Source of the DNA: a virus
Taxonomy: Duplodnaviria > Caudoviricetes
DNA length: 28,948 nucleotides
IMG/VR virus record: IMGVR_UViG_3300034130_000002
Location: 1-28,948 of that record
Strand: one strand, 5' to 3'
The notes below the pieces were generated by a model, which did not search any database, was not told the origin of the DNA, and saw only the letters and a program-made list of their open reading frames with translations. Shown piece by piece: positions 1 through 8,123 of the stretch (its first letter is position 1; the number at the start of each line of letters is the position of its first letter). The position numbers and the translations under genes are program-made.

Positions 1-537
1 GGTCGTGAGCTAGACCGCTACGATACCAAGCGCATGAACTTCGGCATCCTCTACGGCATGGGTGCTAAGGGCCTTTCACACAGGCTAGGCATTGAGAAGC
101 CCAAGGCGCGCGACCTGATCAAGACGTGGAATGCCGTCATGCCAGGGGTTTCAGACTTGGTGGAAAGCATCAAGGACGAAGTGCACGAAGGCGGAGAGAT
201 CTGCACTTGGGGTGGGCGGCTCTACGGTATGCCGCCGCCGTTCTTTGATGGCGTGGAGATGCGCAACCGCGATTACGTGCTCCTGAACTACTTGATCCAG
301 GGCTCCGGCGGCGACTTACTCAAACGCATCATCATCGAGTTTGACAAGCGGCGCAAGGAATCACGGATGATGTTAACGGTTCACGATGAATTGCCCTTCT
401 CCGCTCCGAAGGGCGCAATGCGCCAGGAACAGAACATCCTCAAGAAGATCATCGCGGACTTGGCGTTTGATGTGCCGATGCGAAGCGATGGAAAGTCAGG
501 CCCCAATTTCGGGACACTCACCAAGTGGAAGGACTAG
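1..537 (+). CDS. polA: Phage DNA polymerase family A, C-terminal part (5' partial)
   Basis: Frame 1 is open from base 1: GRELDRYDTKRMNFGILYGMG matches motif B (RxxxKxxxFGxxYG). Also NYLIQGSGGD and motif C TVHDEL. Stop TAG at 535-537. Confidence 0.93.
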   Translation, partial: GRELDRYDTKRMNFGILYGMGAKGLSHRLGIEKPKARDLIKTWNAVMPGVSDLVESIKDEVHEGGEICTWGGRLYGMPPPFFDGVEMRNRDYVLLNYLIQGSGGDLLKRIIIEFDKRRKESRMMLTVHDELPFSAPKGAMRQEQNILKKIIADLAFDVPMRSDGKSGPNFGTLTKWKD

Positions 538-539
538 CC

Positions 540-704
540 ATGACCTACAATCCCAGCGTTCTCGATCGTGAAGAAAATGGTTCGCTCAAGCTTCACCTGA
601 AGAAGAGCACCGCGCCCAAGCTCCCGAGGTCCAAGAACAAGATGCAGGAGAATGCTCGGAGGGCCCGGCAAGCGCAGCACATCAACGACAAAAAGCGAGG
701 CTGA
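540..704 (+). CDS. Small basic hypothetical protein (54 aa, MTYNPSVLDRE...NDKKRG)
   Basis: Not in the ORF track (<60 aa); translated by hand. ATG lies 2 nt after the pol stop, with GAAGGA upstream, and the ORF fills the gap to the next ATG at 706. Confidence 0.6.
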   Translation: MTYNPSVLDREENGSLKLHLKKSTAPKLPRSKNKMQENARRARQAQHINDKKRG

Positions 705-705
705 T

Positions 706-1089
706 ATGGCGTGGGATCTCATAATCGCAAGCACGGCAGCAACGTGGAAGTGTGTTCTCACGTTCTCCGGTGGTGGATGGCCGGAAAACCACTGCGTTGT
801 GTTCAACAAACGCAAAGACCGCGAGAAGATAGCTCTGTTGGCTATGCTTGATGGGACTAAGAATCCATCCGAGATTGGGCTATCTCTCAATGCCGTGATG
901 TCACTACGAAAACGTAGGCTTATAAAATGCCTGCCACTTGGCAGCGTTCCTATCTACCGAACGTGGGACAACAATGTGCGTGAGGTATCTGAAGCTATCA
1001 TGGCAAGTAAACTCGCGCTTACCAGCATTGGCGCAAGAATCATTCCGGCGCTAGTGGAGCAGATAGCGAAGGAGGAGGCTACGACATGA
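706..1089 (+). CDS. Hypothetical protein
   Basis: ATG at 706 with GAGG upstream; the stop overlaps the next start (ATGA). No recognisable motif. Confidence 0.55.
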   Translation: MAWDLIIASTAATWKCVLTFSGGGWPENHCVVFNKRKDREKIALLAMLDGTKNPSEIGLSLNAVMSLRKRRLIKCLPLGSVPIYRTWDNNVREVSEAIMASKLALTSIGARIIPALVEQIAKEEATT

Positions 1090-1793
1090 AGACAAAAGCT
1101 TCCTCTGGTCCGCCACGTATGCCGAACCACTGGTCTTTTTCCAGGTGGCAGACCTACACCCAATGCCCGCGCAAGGCCAAGTTACAATATATCGACGGCC
1201 TGTTTGTGGACGAGGAGGATGAGAAGAACAAGGCGGCTCGGCGTGGGACGGTCATCCACAAGACAGCCGAAGACCTGATCATGGCAAAGAAGCTCATGCC
1301 CACTCCACCGATCTTCACGTTCTTCAAGCAGGAGTTGAAGGAACTTCACCGGCTCAAGGCCGTGGCGGAAGTCAAGCTCGGCATCACGCGAGACTGGGAG
1401 CCGTGCGAGTTCGACGCCAAAGACTATTGGTGGCACGGAGCGCTTGATGCTGTGGCCATGACGAACAAAACGTCGGCGTGGGTGGTGGACTGGAAGAGCG
1501 GGAGAATCTACCCACAACACAAACAGCAGCTTGAGGTCTACGCGCTTGTGACGTTCCTCCACGACGAGTGGATCGAGCGCGTGACATGCGAGGATATGTA
1601 TGTGGACCAGAAGAAGAAAGCTACGGAGGTATATGAGAGATCGCAGGTTCCTCGCCTGATCACGCTATGGGAGCGGCGCACGCTCGCCATGTTCAACGAC
1701 ACGACATTTGCACCGTGCCCGTCAAATTTGTGCGGCTGGTGCCCATACCGCAAGGAGCTTGGCACGGGGCTTTGTGAATACGGAGGAAAGTGA
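1086..1793 (+). CDS. PD-(D/E)XK exonuclease, Cas4/RecB-like
   Basis: WSFSRW..Y.QCP, GTVIH, E-x-LD..VVDWKSG, QLEVYA and C-terminal CxxCPY...C cluster; RBS GGAGG. Confidence 0.88.
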   Translation: MKTKASSGPPRMPNHWSFSRWQTYTQCPRKAKLQYIDGLFVDEEDEKNKAARRGTVIHKTAEDLIMAKKLMPTPPIFTFFKQELKELHRLKAVAEVKLGITRDWEPCEFDAKDYWWHGALDAVAMTNKTSAWVVDWKSGRIYPQHKQQLEVYALVTFLHDEWIERVTCEDMYVDQKKKATEVYERSQVPRLITLWERRTLAMFNDTTFAPCPSNLCGWCPYRKELGTGLCEYGGK

Positions 1794-2098
1794 TGCGTGA
1801 AACGTCGCCGCTCGAAAAAAGTGAAGAGAACGCCGTCACCCGCTGGGCCAAGGACAACGGCATCCAGCACCGAAAGATGAATGGGGTGGGGAATCGGGAC
1901 TGGCCCGACCAGTTTTTCTATTCCAGGCGCTTTCGTGAAGGCGTCAAGGGCGTGTGGATCGAGATGAAGCGGCGCGGACATGTGCCAACAGAGAACCAGG
2001 AAGAGAAGATGTACGAACTTCGTGAAGTAGGCTTCGACGTTGCGTGGTTCGATGACCGCAAAAACGCCATCGCCTATCTGAAATCTTTCATCAAGTAA
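1793..2098 (+). CDS. VRR-NUC domain nuclease (Holliday junction resolvase-like)
   Basis: EKSEE...G.RDWPD...WIEMKRRGHVPTENQ...LREVGFDV pattern; usual context next to PolA/SNF2. Confidence 0.85.
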   Translation: MRETSPLEKSEENAVTRWAKDNGIQHRKMNGVGNRDWPDQFFYSRRFREGVKGVWIEMKRRGHVPTENQEEKMYELREVGFDVAWFDDRKNAIAYLKSFIK

Positions 2099-2124
2099 TA
2101 GGCAAAGAAAGCGAGGAAGTCGAA

Positions 2125-2406
2125 ATGAAAAAGACCGTCGCACCGCCAACCGTGCTCGAAGAAGCGCTCCAGGCCGTGAGCGTTGATCGCATGGAAAAGT
2201 ATGGCCCACCCAAGGTGAACTTCGCTCGGTGGCGGGACATGTGCAATGCTACCGGACGGCCCGCGCTCGCCGAGATCACGGCGGAGGATCTGGCCGTGGT
2301 GATGATTCTCGGCAAGCTGAGTCGTGACACCAACCTTCCGCAGCGGGACAATGCCGTGGACATCGCCGGGTTCGCCTCTATTCTCAACGACGTGCGAGGG
2401 CTGTGA
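2125..2406 (+). CDS. DUF6378-like protein (all-alpha nucleotide pyrophosphohydrolase-like)
   Basis: DR..KYGPP..NF.R...ITAEDLA..MIL.KLSR....RDN.VDIAGFA pattern typical of the family. Confidence 0.75.
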   Translation: MKKTVAPPTVLEEALQAVSVDRMEKYGPPKVNFARWRDMCNATGRPALAEITAEDLAVVMILGKLSRDTNLPQRDNAVDIAGFASILNDVRGL

Positions 2407-2585
2407 TGATCCCGGCGTCGGGGCAGATATGGATACGCAAGGACTCCGGACATGAGTGCGTCGTCCTTGCGTATTTCCCGGCTGCGCACAGTGTGCTGTA
2501 TGCGGCGAGGTTTTGCGCTCAGGCGATGGTGATGGATGACGCGCTATGGGAACGCACGTATGAGTTCTACCGTGAAACTCTCTAA
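2406..2585 (+). CDS. Small hypothetical protein
   Basis: Start overlaps the upstream stop (TGATG); 59 aa; GQIWIRK N-terminus of the kind seen in small phage beta-barrel proteins. Confidence 0.6.
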   Translation: MIPASGQIWIRKDSGHECVVLAYFPAAHSVLYAARFCAQAMVMDDALWERTYEFYRETL

Positions 2586-2593
2586 GAGGTGAG

Positions 2594-3178
2594 ATGATGA
2601 AAGCGTTGACGTGGGAAGAACGCATTCAAGCATTGACGAAGGCTACGGGCTTCCCACGCGCGCTTTTCCAGTCAGATGATGGGCGCGTGGTTGGCACGTG
2701 GATCATGGGCAATGATTACAGAGTGAGGAGCGGCTACTATGGTGGGTACCCGGCTGGCTATCTCAAGAGGATCAAGGCGCTATTCCCTGACAAGAAGAAA
2801 GTTCTTCATGTCTTTTCTGGTGCAGTGGATCTATCGGCTTTCCCAGGCGACACCGTCGATAGCAATGCGACATGTTTACCGACGTTTGTGGACGACGCGC
2901 ATCGGCTCACGAAGGTACCAGTTGGACGTTATGATCTGGTACTTGCAGACCCGCCGTATAGCGTAGAAGACTGCGATCACTACCAGACCACAATGGTTAA
3001 GCGCAATGTAGTTATGAAAGCGCTAGGGGCTCGGCTCAAGAAGGGTGCGCACGTGGTTTGGCTGGACCAAGTTCTTCCCATGTACCGCAAAGATCAGTTC
3101 GTGCTAGAAGCGGTTATCGGAATGGTGAAATCCACGAACCACCGATTCCGCGTGATCACTATTTTCCGGAAGAGGTGA
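2594..3178 (+). CDS. Small SAM-dependent amino-methyltransferase-like protein
   Basis: Motif I-like VLHVFSG followed by motif IV YDLVLADPPY; only 194 aa; RBS GAGGTG. Confidence 0.7.
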   Translation: MMKALTWEERIQALTKATGFPRALFQSDDGRVVGTWIMGNDYRVRSGYYGGYPAGYLKRIKALFPDKKKVLHVFSGAVDLSAFPGDTVDSNATCLPTFVDDAHRLTKVPVGRYDLVLADPPYSVEDCDHYQTTMVKRNVVMKALGARLKKGAHVVWLDQVLPMYRKDQFVLEAVIGMVKSTNHRFRVITIFRKR

Positions 3179-3935
3179 AATGATGCTTAGACTGATGTGC
3201 GGCGATTGTCTCAAGATGATGCGGAGAATCGAGGACGGAAGCGTGGATCTTATCTTGTGCGACCTTCCGTACGGCATCACACAGAACAAGTGGGATTCAG
3301 TGATTCCGCTACCTGAATTGTGGCAAGAGTATCGTCGCGTGCTGCGGCCTTTCGGGGCGGTGGTGTTGACGGCAAGCCAACCATTCACCTCCGCCCTAGT
3401 AACGAGCAACTTGAAGTGGTTCAGGCATGAGTGGATATGGCTTAAAAATCGCGGAAGCAACTTCGTCAGTACAGGGCGCGAACCATTCAAAGAGCATGAA
3501 TCCGTGCTTGTTTTCAGTGAAGGGAAGTGGACCTACAACAAACAGATGCAGCCGCGTACAGGTGGAGGACTCGCACTCATCGGTACGACAAAGACGAGTC
3601 GCTCCGTAGCATCCACTAACTACAACTTTAGCAAACTCGCGCCAATACACAAAGAACTAGCAGAGCTTCGCGTGCCTTCGAGTTGGCAAAAGTTCAACAC
3701 AGACACGTCACGCCTTCACCCAACAATAAAGCCAGTGCCGCTCATGGAATACATGGTGAAAACCTACTCCAACGAAGGAGACACGGTGCTAGATAACTGC
3801 ATGGGCTCCGGCACTACGGGTGTGGCGTGCAAGCGACTCGGCAGGAATTTTATAGGCATTGAGAAGGACGCAGAGTATTTCGAGATCGCAAAGAAACGCA
3901 TCCACGAAACGAAGAAGGTGAAATGATGCTTAGAC
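3173..3935 (+). repeat. 20-bp perfect direct repeat AGGTGAAATGATGCTTAGAC flanking the methyltransferase (3173-3192 and 3916-3935)
   Basis: Read directly. A 15/16 variant, AAGAGGTGAGATGATG, is at 2584-2599. Confidence 0.9.
3180..3926 (+). CDS. DNA N4-cytosine/N6-adenine methyltransferase (beta class)
   Basis: GDCL...SVDLILCDLPYG, HPTIKPV.LMEY, GDTVLDNCMGSGTTGVAC, FIGIEKDAEYFEIAKKRI; catalytic motif precedes the SAM-binding motif. Confidence 0.93.
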   Translation: MMLRLMCGDCLKMMRRIEDGSVDLILCDLPYGITQNKWDSVIPLPELWQEYRRVLRPFGAVVLTASQPFTSALVTSNLKWFRHEWIWLKNRGSNFVSTGREPFKEHESVLVFSEGKWTYNKQMQPRTGGGLALIGTTKTSRSVASTNYNFSKLAPIHKELAELRVPSSWQKFNTDTSRLHPTIKPVPLMEYMVKTYSNEGDTVLDNCMGSGTTGVACKRLGRNFIGIEKDAEYFEIAKKRIHETKKVK

Positions 3936-4072
3936 GCGTTGCCAAGCCCTGGGTTCCTCACGCCTACCAGAAGAAGGCGATCAAGTTCCTTCTCTCCCAC
4001 GGTGCCGCCGGTTTGTGGCTGGACCCGGAGTACGTCAGGATCGCCAAAGACAGGATTAGAAGGAGTAAGTGA
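3923..4072 (+). pseudogene. Truncated duplicate of the helicase 5' end fused to a methyltransferase-like C-terminal tail (49 aa)
   Basis: Translates MMLRRVAKPWVPHAYQKKAIKFLLSHGAAGLWLDP-EYVRIAKDRIRRSK*. The first 35 aa match the helicase start at 4518; the tail resembles DAEYFEIAKKRI. Confidence 0.85.
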
Positions 4073-4518
4073 TGAATGCAGGATTCCAGCCACCGTATCC
4101 TGGCACACTAGGCATATGTGCTTGGTGCGGCGAAGTATTTGAGCTTACGCCATACCAACGGAGCGATATTCGGCGCGGAATCCTGAGAAAACAATTTTGC
4201 CGCTACCAGTGTCAGAATGCTTGGCATCGAGCCACATTCAACGCAGGAATAGCTCGTGATCATGCAAGTGACATAAGCGCTACGAGACTGGCCCTGTTCG
4301 CTGACAGAACCAGCTATAGAAAAGTCATGGGCAGACACGAACACCGCACAGTTGCCGAGATAATGCTAGGTAGAAAATTAGAGCGCGGGGAAGTAGTTCA
4401 CCACAAGGATGACAATAGGCGCAACAACGCGCCAAGCAACTTACAAGTATTGCCATCTCAGGCAGCACACGCCAGATTGCACATGCTTGCGTATTGGGCA
4501 AAGAAGCGGAGGAAGTGA
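4072..4518 (+). CDS. HNH homing endonuclease (HNH_3 type) with N-terminal Cys zinc motif
   Basis: CAWC...FCRYQC, then EHRTVAE..LGRKL..GEVVHHKDDNRRNNAPSNLQVL...HARLH. Confidence 0.9.
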   Translation: MNAGFQPPYPGTLGICAWCGEVFELTPYQRSDIRRGILRKQFCRYQCQNAWHRATFNAGIARDHASDISATRLALFADRTSYRKVMGRHEHRTVAEIMLGRKLERGEVVHHKDDNRRNNAPSNLQVLPSQAAHARLHMLAYWAKKRRK

Positions 4519-5927
4519 TGTTGCGCAGAGTGGCAAAGGATTGCGTGTTTCACACCTATCAGAAGAAGGCGATCAAATTCCTTCTCTCCCACGGTGCCGC
4601 CGGTCTGTGGTTGGACCCCGGATTAGGTAAGAGCGTTGTAACTCTCTACGCCTTCGCGCAACTCCAGAAGGCTCGCACGGCGCGGCGCATGTTGGTGATT
4701 GCGCCGCTTCGTGTGTGCTGGGCTGTGTGGCCTGACGAAGCGAAGAAGTGGACGCAGACCAAGCACCTGAAAGTGGTTGTGCTCCACGGGCCCAAGAAGG
4801 AACAGTTGCTCAACGAAGACGCCGATGTTTTTTGCATCAACTACGAAGGGCTTCCGTGGCTTCTCCAGAAGGGGCGGCTCGCCAAACTCGATTGCGATCT
4901 TCTCTCCATGGACGAGATCCACAAGCTCAAGCACAGCGATACCACGCGCTTCAAGATGCTGAAGCCTTTTCTTGGGCGCTTCACTCGCCGATGGGGGCTC
5001 ACCGGCACTCCGGCACCGAACGGACTCATGGACATCTTCGGGCAGATCTATTGCCTGGATCTTGGCGATGCGCTCGGGCCGTTTATCACCGCATTCCGTA
5101 ACAAGTATTTCGACGCGACCGGCTTCGGTGACTACGAGTGGGTGCTGAAGCCAGATGAAAAGGGAGATACGAAGAAGACCGAGGAGAAGATCTACAAAAA
5201 AATCCGCCCGCTCATTCTGCGCATTGGCAACGACGTGCTCGGTGACGCCCTTCCTAAGCTGGTGTTCAACGACATCAAGATCGACATGCCCAAGGAAGCC
5301 ATGCGCGTCTATATGGAGATGGAGCACAAGCTGATCACCATGTTGAAGGACGGCACCAAGATCAACGCCGTGAATACCGCCGTGGCCGCAGGAAAGTGCC
5401 TCCAAATTTGTAGCGGCAGTGTCTATCACCAGAATGACGAGACATGGAAACGTGAATCCAAGCTTGTGCACAAGGCAAAGCTTGAAGCCCTTGTGGATCT
5501 TGTGGAGGAAATCGGCGGAAAACCGACGCTCCTCCTGTATTCGTACGACCACGACCGCGCGCTGATCCGCAAGGCGTTCCCCAAAGCTCCACAAGTAGCC
5601 GACTACTCCGGCAAGAAGTCACGGGAGCTTTTCGACAAGTGGAACCGTGGCGAAATCCCGCTCATGGTTGCCCAGCCGCAGAGCATCGGGCACGGACTGA
5701 ACCTCCAGGGTGGCGGTCAGCACATTATCTGGTTCGGCGTGCCGTGGGATCTTACCATCTGGCTCCAGGCCATCGATCGGCTCCGGCGTCAAGGCAGCCC
5801 GTTCGACCACATTTTCGTGCATTGCCTGTTGATGTACCGAACCATCGATATGAAAGTGCGCGGCGTGTTGAAAGGCAAGGATAGGACCCAAGGGGCGCTA
5901 TTGCGGGCCATGCTTGCGCCCTATTGA
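4518..5927 (+). CDS. SNF2-like superfamily 2 helicase
   Basis: Q motif HTYQ, Walker A LDPGLGKS, DEIH, LTGTPAPN, GHGLNLQ, QAIDRLRRQG. ATG at 4518 with GGAGG, overlapping the HNH stop. Confidence 0.93.
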   Translation: MLRRVAKDCVFHTYQKKAIKFLLSHGAAGLWLDPGLGKSVVTLYAFAQLQKARTARRMLVIAPLRVCWAVWPDEAKKWTQTKHLKVVVLHGPKKEQLLNEDADVFCINYEGLPWLLQKGRLAKLDCDLLSMDEIHKLKHSDTTRFKMLKPFLGRFTRRWGLTGTPAPNGLMDIFGQIYCLDLGDALGPFITAFRNKYFDATGFGDYEWVLKPDEKGDTKKTEEKIYKKIRPLILRIGNDVLGDALPKLVFNDIKIDMPKEAMRVYMEMEHKLITMLKDGTKINAVNTAVAAGKCLQICSGSVYHQNDETWKRESKLVHKAKLEALVDLVEEIGGKPTLLLYSYDHDRALIRKAFPKAPQVADYSGKKSRELFDKWNRGEIPLMVAQPQSIGHGLNLQGGGQHIIWFGVPWDLTIWLQAIDRLRRQGSPFDHIFVHCLLMYRTIDMKVRGVLKGKDRTQGALLRAMLAPY

Positions 5928-5980
5928 TTTAAAAATCTAAGAATCTACGTAAGTTGAACGTTATCAACGAAAGAAAATTA

Positions 5981-6009
5981 TTTAACTTTCTACAAAGCTA
6001 TGCTATACT
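5981..6009 (+). promoter_or_regulatory. Sigma70-like promoter for the early-type gene block
   Basis: TTTAAC-17 nt-TATACT with extended -10 TG at 6001-6002, in an AT-rich intergenic stretch (5928-6010). Confidence 0.65.
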
Positions 6010-6060
6010 AGGGTTTCACCGGCGCGGCGATCCGCGCGGCAAGCCAAAGAGGAGCGCACC

Positions 6061-6438
6061 ATGAAACTCTCACCTAAGCACGGCGTCAACGCCACCATCC
6101 CAGTGTGTTTCTGGTGTGGCAAGCCCAAGAACGAAATCGCCCTCATGGGCCAGCTCAAAGACGATGCGGAAGCACCGCGCAACGCCGTGTTCGACTACGA
6201 ACCTTGCGATGCGTGCAAGTCGGAGCGCGCGCTGGGCATTGCGTTGGTAGAAGTCACGGAGGACGCCCCTTCGCCGTCGTGCCGGCCCACAGGCAATTGG
6301 TGTGTGATCAAAGAGGAGGGTCTGCGGCGCATTCTCACCGGAGAAGACAATGCCGAGTTGCGCGCTTCGGTGCTGAAAACGCGCATCGCCAACGTGCCCG
6401 TCGATGCCTACAAGATGCTGATGGGGCCGGCGAAATGA
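6061..6438 (+). CDS. Hypothetical Cys-rich (CxxC...CxxC) phage protein
   Basis: CFWC and CDAC pairs; RBS AGAGGAG. Confidence 0.8.
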   Translation: MKLSPKHGVNATIPVCFWCGKPKNEIALMGQLKDDAEAPRNAVFDYEPCDACKSERALGIALVEVTEDAPSPSCRPTGNWCVIKEEGLRRILTGEDNAELRASVLKTRIANVPVDAYKMLMGPAK

Positions 6439-6797
6439 AGAGCGAGAAGATCACCATCACAACCACCAGGAGCTTCGAGCGTGTGATCGACCACGAAGAG
6501 CTTGTGGCTTTGATCCTCACACAATTCTCCAAAGGCATTCGTCCGCACCTAGAGCTTGTTTTCCAGATGGACCACGGAACAGGGGAAATCACCGCCACGG
6601 CGAAGTACAGCGAGGTGACAGCTACGCAGCAAGATCTTCCTTTCGCTGAAAAGAGCCCCGACGAACCGAAGCCCAAGCGCGCCTACACGAAGCGCCAGAA
6701 GCCGGAGACGGCAGTATCGCCAGCGGTGCAGAAGGCGCGCGGTGGTTTCCGGCCGCGCTACATATCTCCCGACAAGAGGGAAGGGGGTGAGAAGTGA
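6435..6797 (+). CDS. Hypothetical protein with basic C-terminal tail
   Basis: ATGA overlap with the upstream gene; likely start is MKSEKIT rather than the track start at 6105. Confidence 0.7.
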   Translation: MKSEKITITTTRSFERVIDHEELVALILTQFSKGIRPHLELVFQMDHGTGEITATAKYSEVTATQQDLPFAEKSPDEPKPKRAYTKRQKPETAVSPAVQKARGGFRPRYISPDKREGGEK

Positions 6798-7081
6798 ACA
6801 GGAAGCCAGTGGAGGGTATGGAACATCTCCGGCCCATGACGCTTGACGACCTGAAGACCGCCAACGGTGACACCTACTTTGTCTTCATTGGCCAGCGCAA
6901 CTCAGCGGGGCGGTTCGTTCGGGTCCGGGTCAACGGCAAGCCCAAGACGTGGAAGCGCAGGCCGTTCAACGTGGAGGTGCCGTGGAAATATGGGCTCTAT
7001 GAATACGGCCACCTCACGCAAACGGACGTTGCCACCGGACAGTGGTTCGTGGAGATGAAGAACGAGGAGAAGGCCAAATAG
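6794..7081 (+). CDS. Hypothetical phage protein
   Basis: GTGA overlap; RVNGKPKTWKRRP...VPWKYGLYEYG segment looks like a conserved phage hypothetical. Confidence 0.75.
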   Translation: MNRKPVEGMEHLRPMTLDDLKTANGDTYFVFIGQRNSAGRFVRVRVNGKPKTWKRRPFNVEVPWKYGLYEYGHLTQTDVATGQWFVEMKNEEKAK

Positions 7082-7142
7082 GTTTTTGAGTTCTTCGCCA
7101 ATGCGCTAGGGCTCACCACGGAAAGTCAGCAGGAGGTGGGAA

Positions 7143-7652
7143 GTGAGGATCGCTAGGATAGTCCACGACGAGTATTGCGCATCGCCACGCGAGAACGACA
7201 ACCTGGGAACACTCTGCCTTTTCCATCGAAGCTACACGCTCCCCAACGAAAGTGCGCACTCCATCGAGTGGGTCCAGGAGCACGTTACCGGCGGCTTCGA
7301 TGGCGTAATGCTCCCGGTGTGGGCCTATGACCACGGCTCGGTGCGCTACAAAGCCGGAGATCGCACGGGGTGCTTCGCTGATCCATGGGACTCCGGACAG
7401 GCTGGAGTGATCTACGTTGATCGTGCGAAGATCATCGCGGAGTTCGGTGTTACCAAGGACCGCGCGGAGATTGCCAGCTACCTTGAAGCCGAGGTAGCGG
7501 AGTTCGACGCGTGGAGCAACGGCGAGTGCTATGGCTACATTCTCGCCGACGATGAACAGGGAGAAGAGATAGAGTCGTGCTGGGGCTTCGATGGCCGCGA
7601 AACAGCCATCGAAGCCGCCAAGGAAGCAGGGGCACAAGAGATAGTCGAATAA
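7143..7652 (+). CDS. Acidic hypothetical protein of a family common in phage/ICE early regions
   Basis: SPRE.DNLGT, YDHG, DPWDSGQAGVIYV, ECYGY, ESCWGF; RBS AGGAGGT before GTG. Confidence 0.8.
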   Translation: MRIARIVHDEYCASPRENDNLGTLCLFHRSYTLPNESAHSIEWVQEHVTGGFDGVMLPVWAYDHGSVRYKAGDRTGCFADPWDSGQAGVIYVDRAKIIAEFGVTKDRAEIASYLEAEVAEFDAWSNGECYGYILADDEQGEEIESCWGFDGRETAIEAAKEAGAQEIVE

Positions 7653-7703
7653 CAACCGCGCTCGGCGGTTCCGAGCATCACAGCACCAAAGAGGAGAAGC
7701 AAC

Positions 7704-8123
7704 ATGTCTCAGAACGATGAAGAGCGCGCCGCGCGCATCAACGAACTTCGCAGCAAGAACACCGATCTCAACCGTGCCGCCATCGCTCACAATGCCGAGC
7801 CGCTCGGCGAGAAGATCGACAACCTGATCCACGTGCTCCAGGAAAACAAGGGCCATATCGGCGCGATCGGGATTGTCGTGCTCCCCACGGAGGGAGACTC
7901 CCTTGTGGACATGGATGCAGGTAGGGCGTGTGATGGTATCGCGTGCATCATGGCAGAGAACGAGCCCGGGTATGTCGTGTTGGAGCACCACTGGAAGAGC
8001 GCAGTCAAGCAGCAGCACGACCGCGCTACTCAGCGCAGCAGCGGCGTGCCGGCCAGTCTCGCGGCGCTTTTAGGTGGGCTCAGCATGGGGCGCGAAGAGC
8101 CCAGTGACGGCGACGACGAGTAG
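7704..8123 (+). CDS. Hypothetical protein
   Basis: RBS AGAGGAG, ATG start, operon fit. Confidence 0.75.
   Translation: MSQNDEERAARINELRSKNTDLNRAAIAHNAEPLGEKIDNLIHVLQENKGHIGAIGIVVLPTEGDSLVDMDAGRACDGIACIMAENEPGYVVLEHHWKSAVKQQHDRATQRSSGVPASLAALLGGLSMGREEPSDGDDE

Noticed and set aside
1086-1793. CRISPR-associated cas4
   Set aside because: No other cas genes or array; stand-alone Cas4-like nucleases are routine in phage replication modules.
2594-4518. Restriction-modification system (MTases + HNH)
   Set aside because: The HNH is a short homing-type enzyme, and the junction scars suggest it arrived separately; orphan phage MTases are the simpler reading.
4028-4619. Group I intron interrupting the helicase
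   Set aside because: The interval is filled by coding sequence with no room for a ribozyme core, and the downstream copy has its own RBS and start, so splicing is unnecessary.
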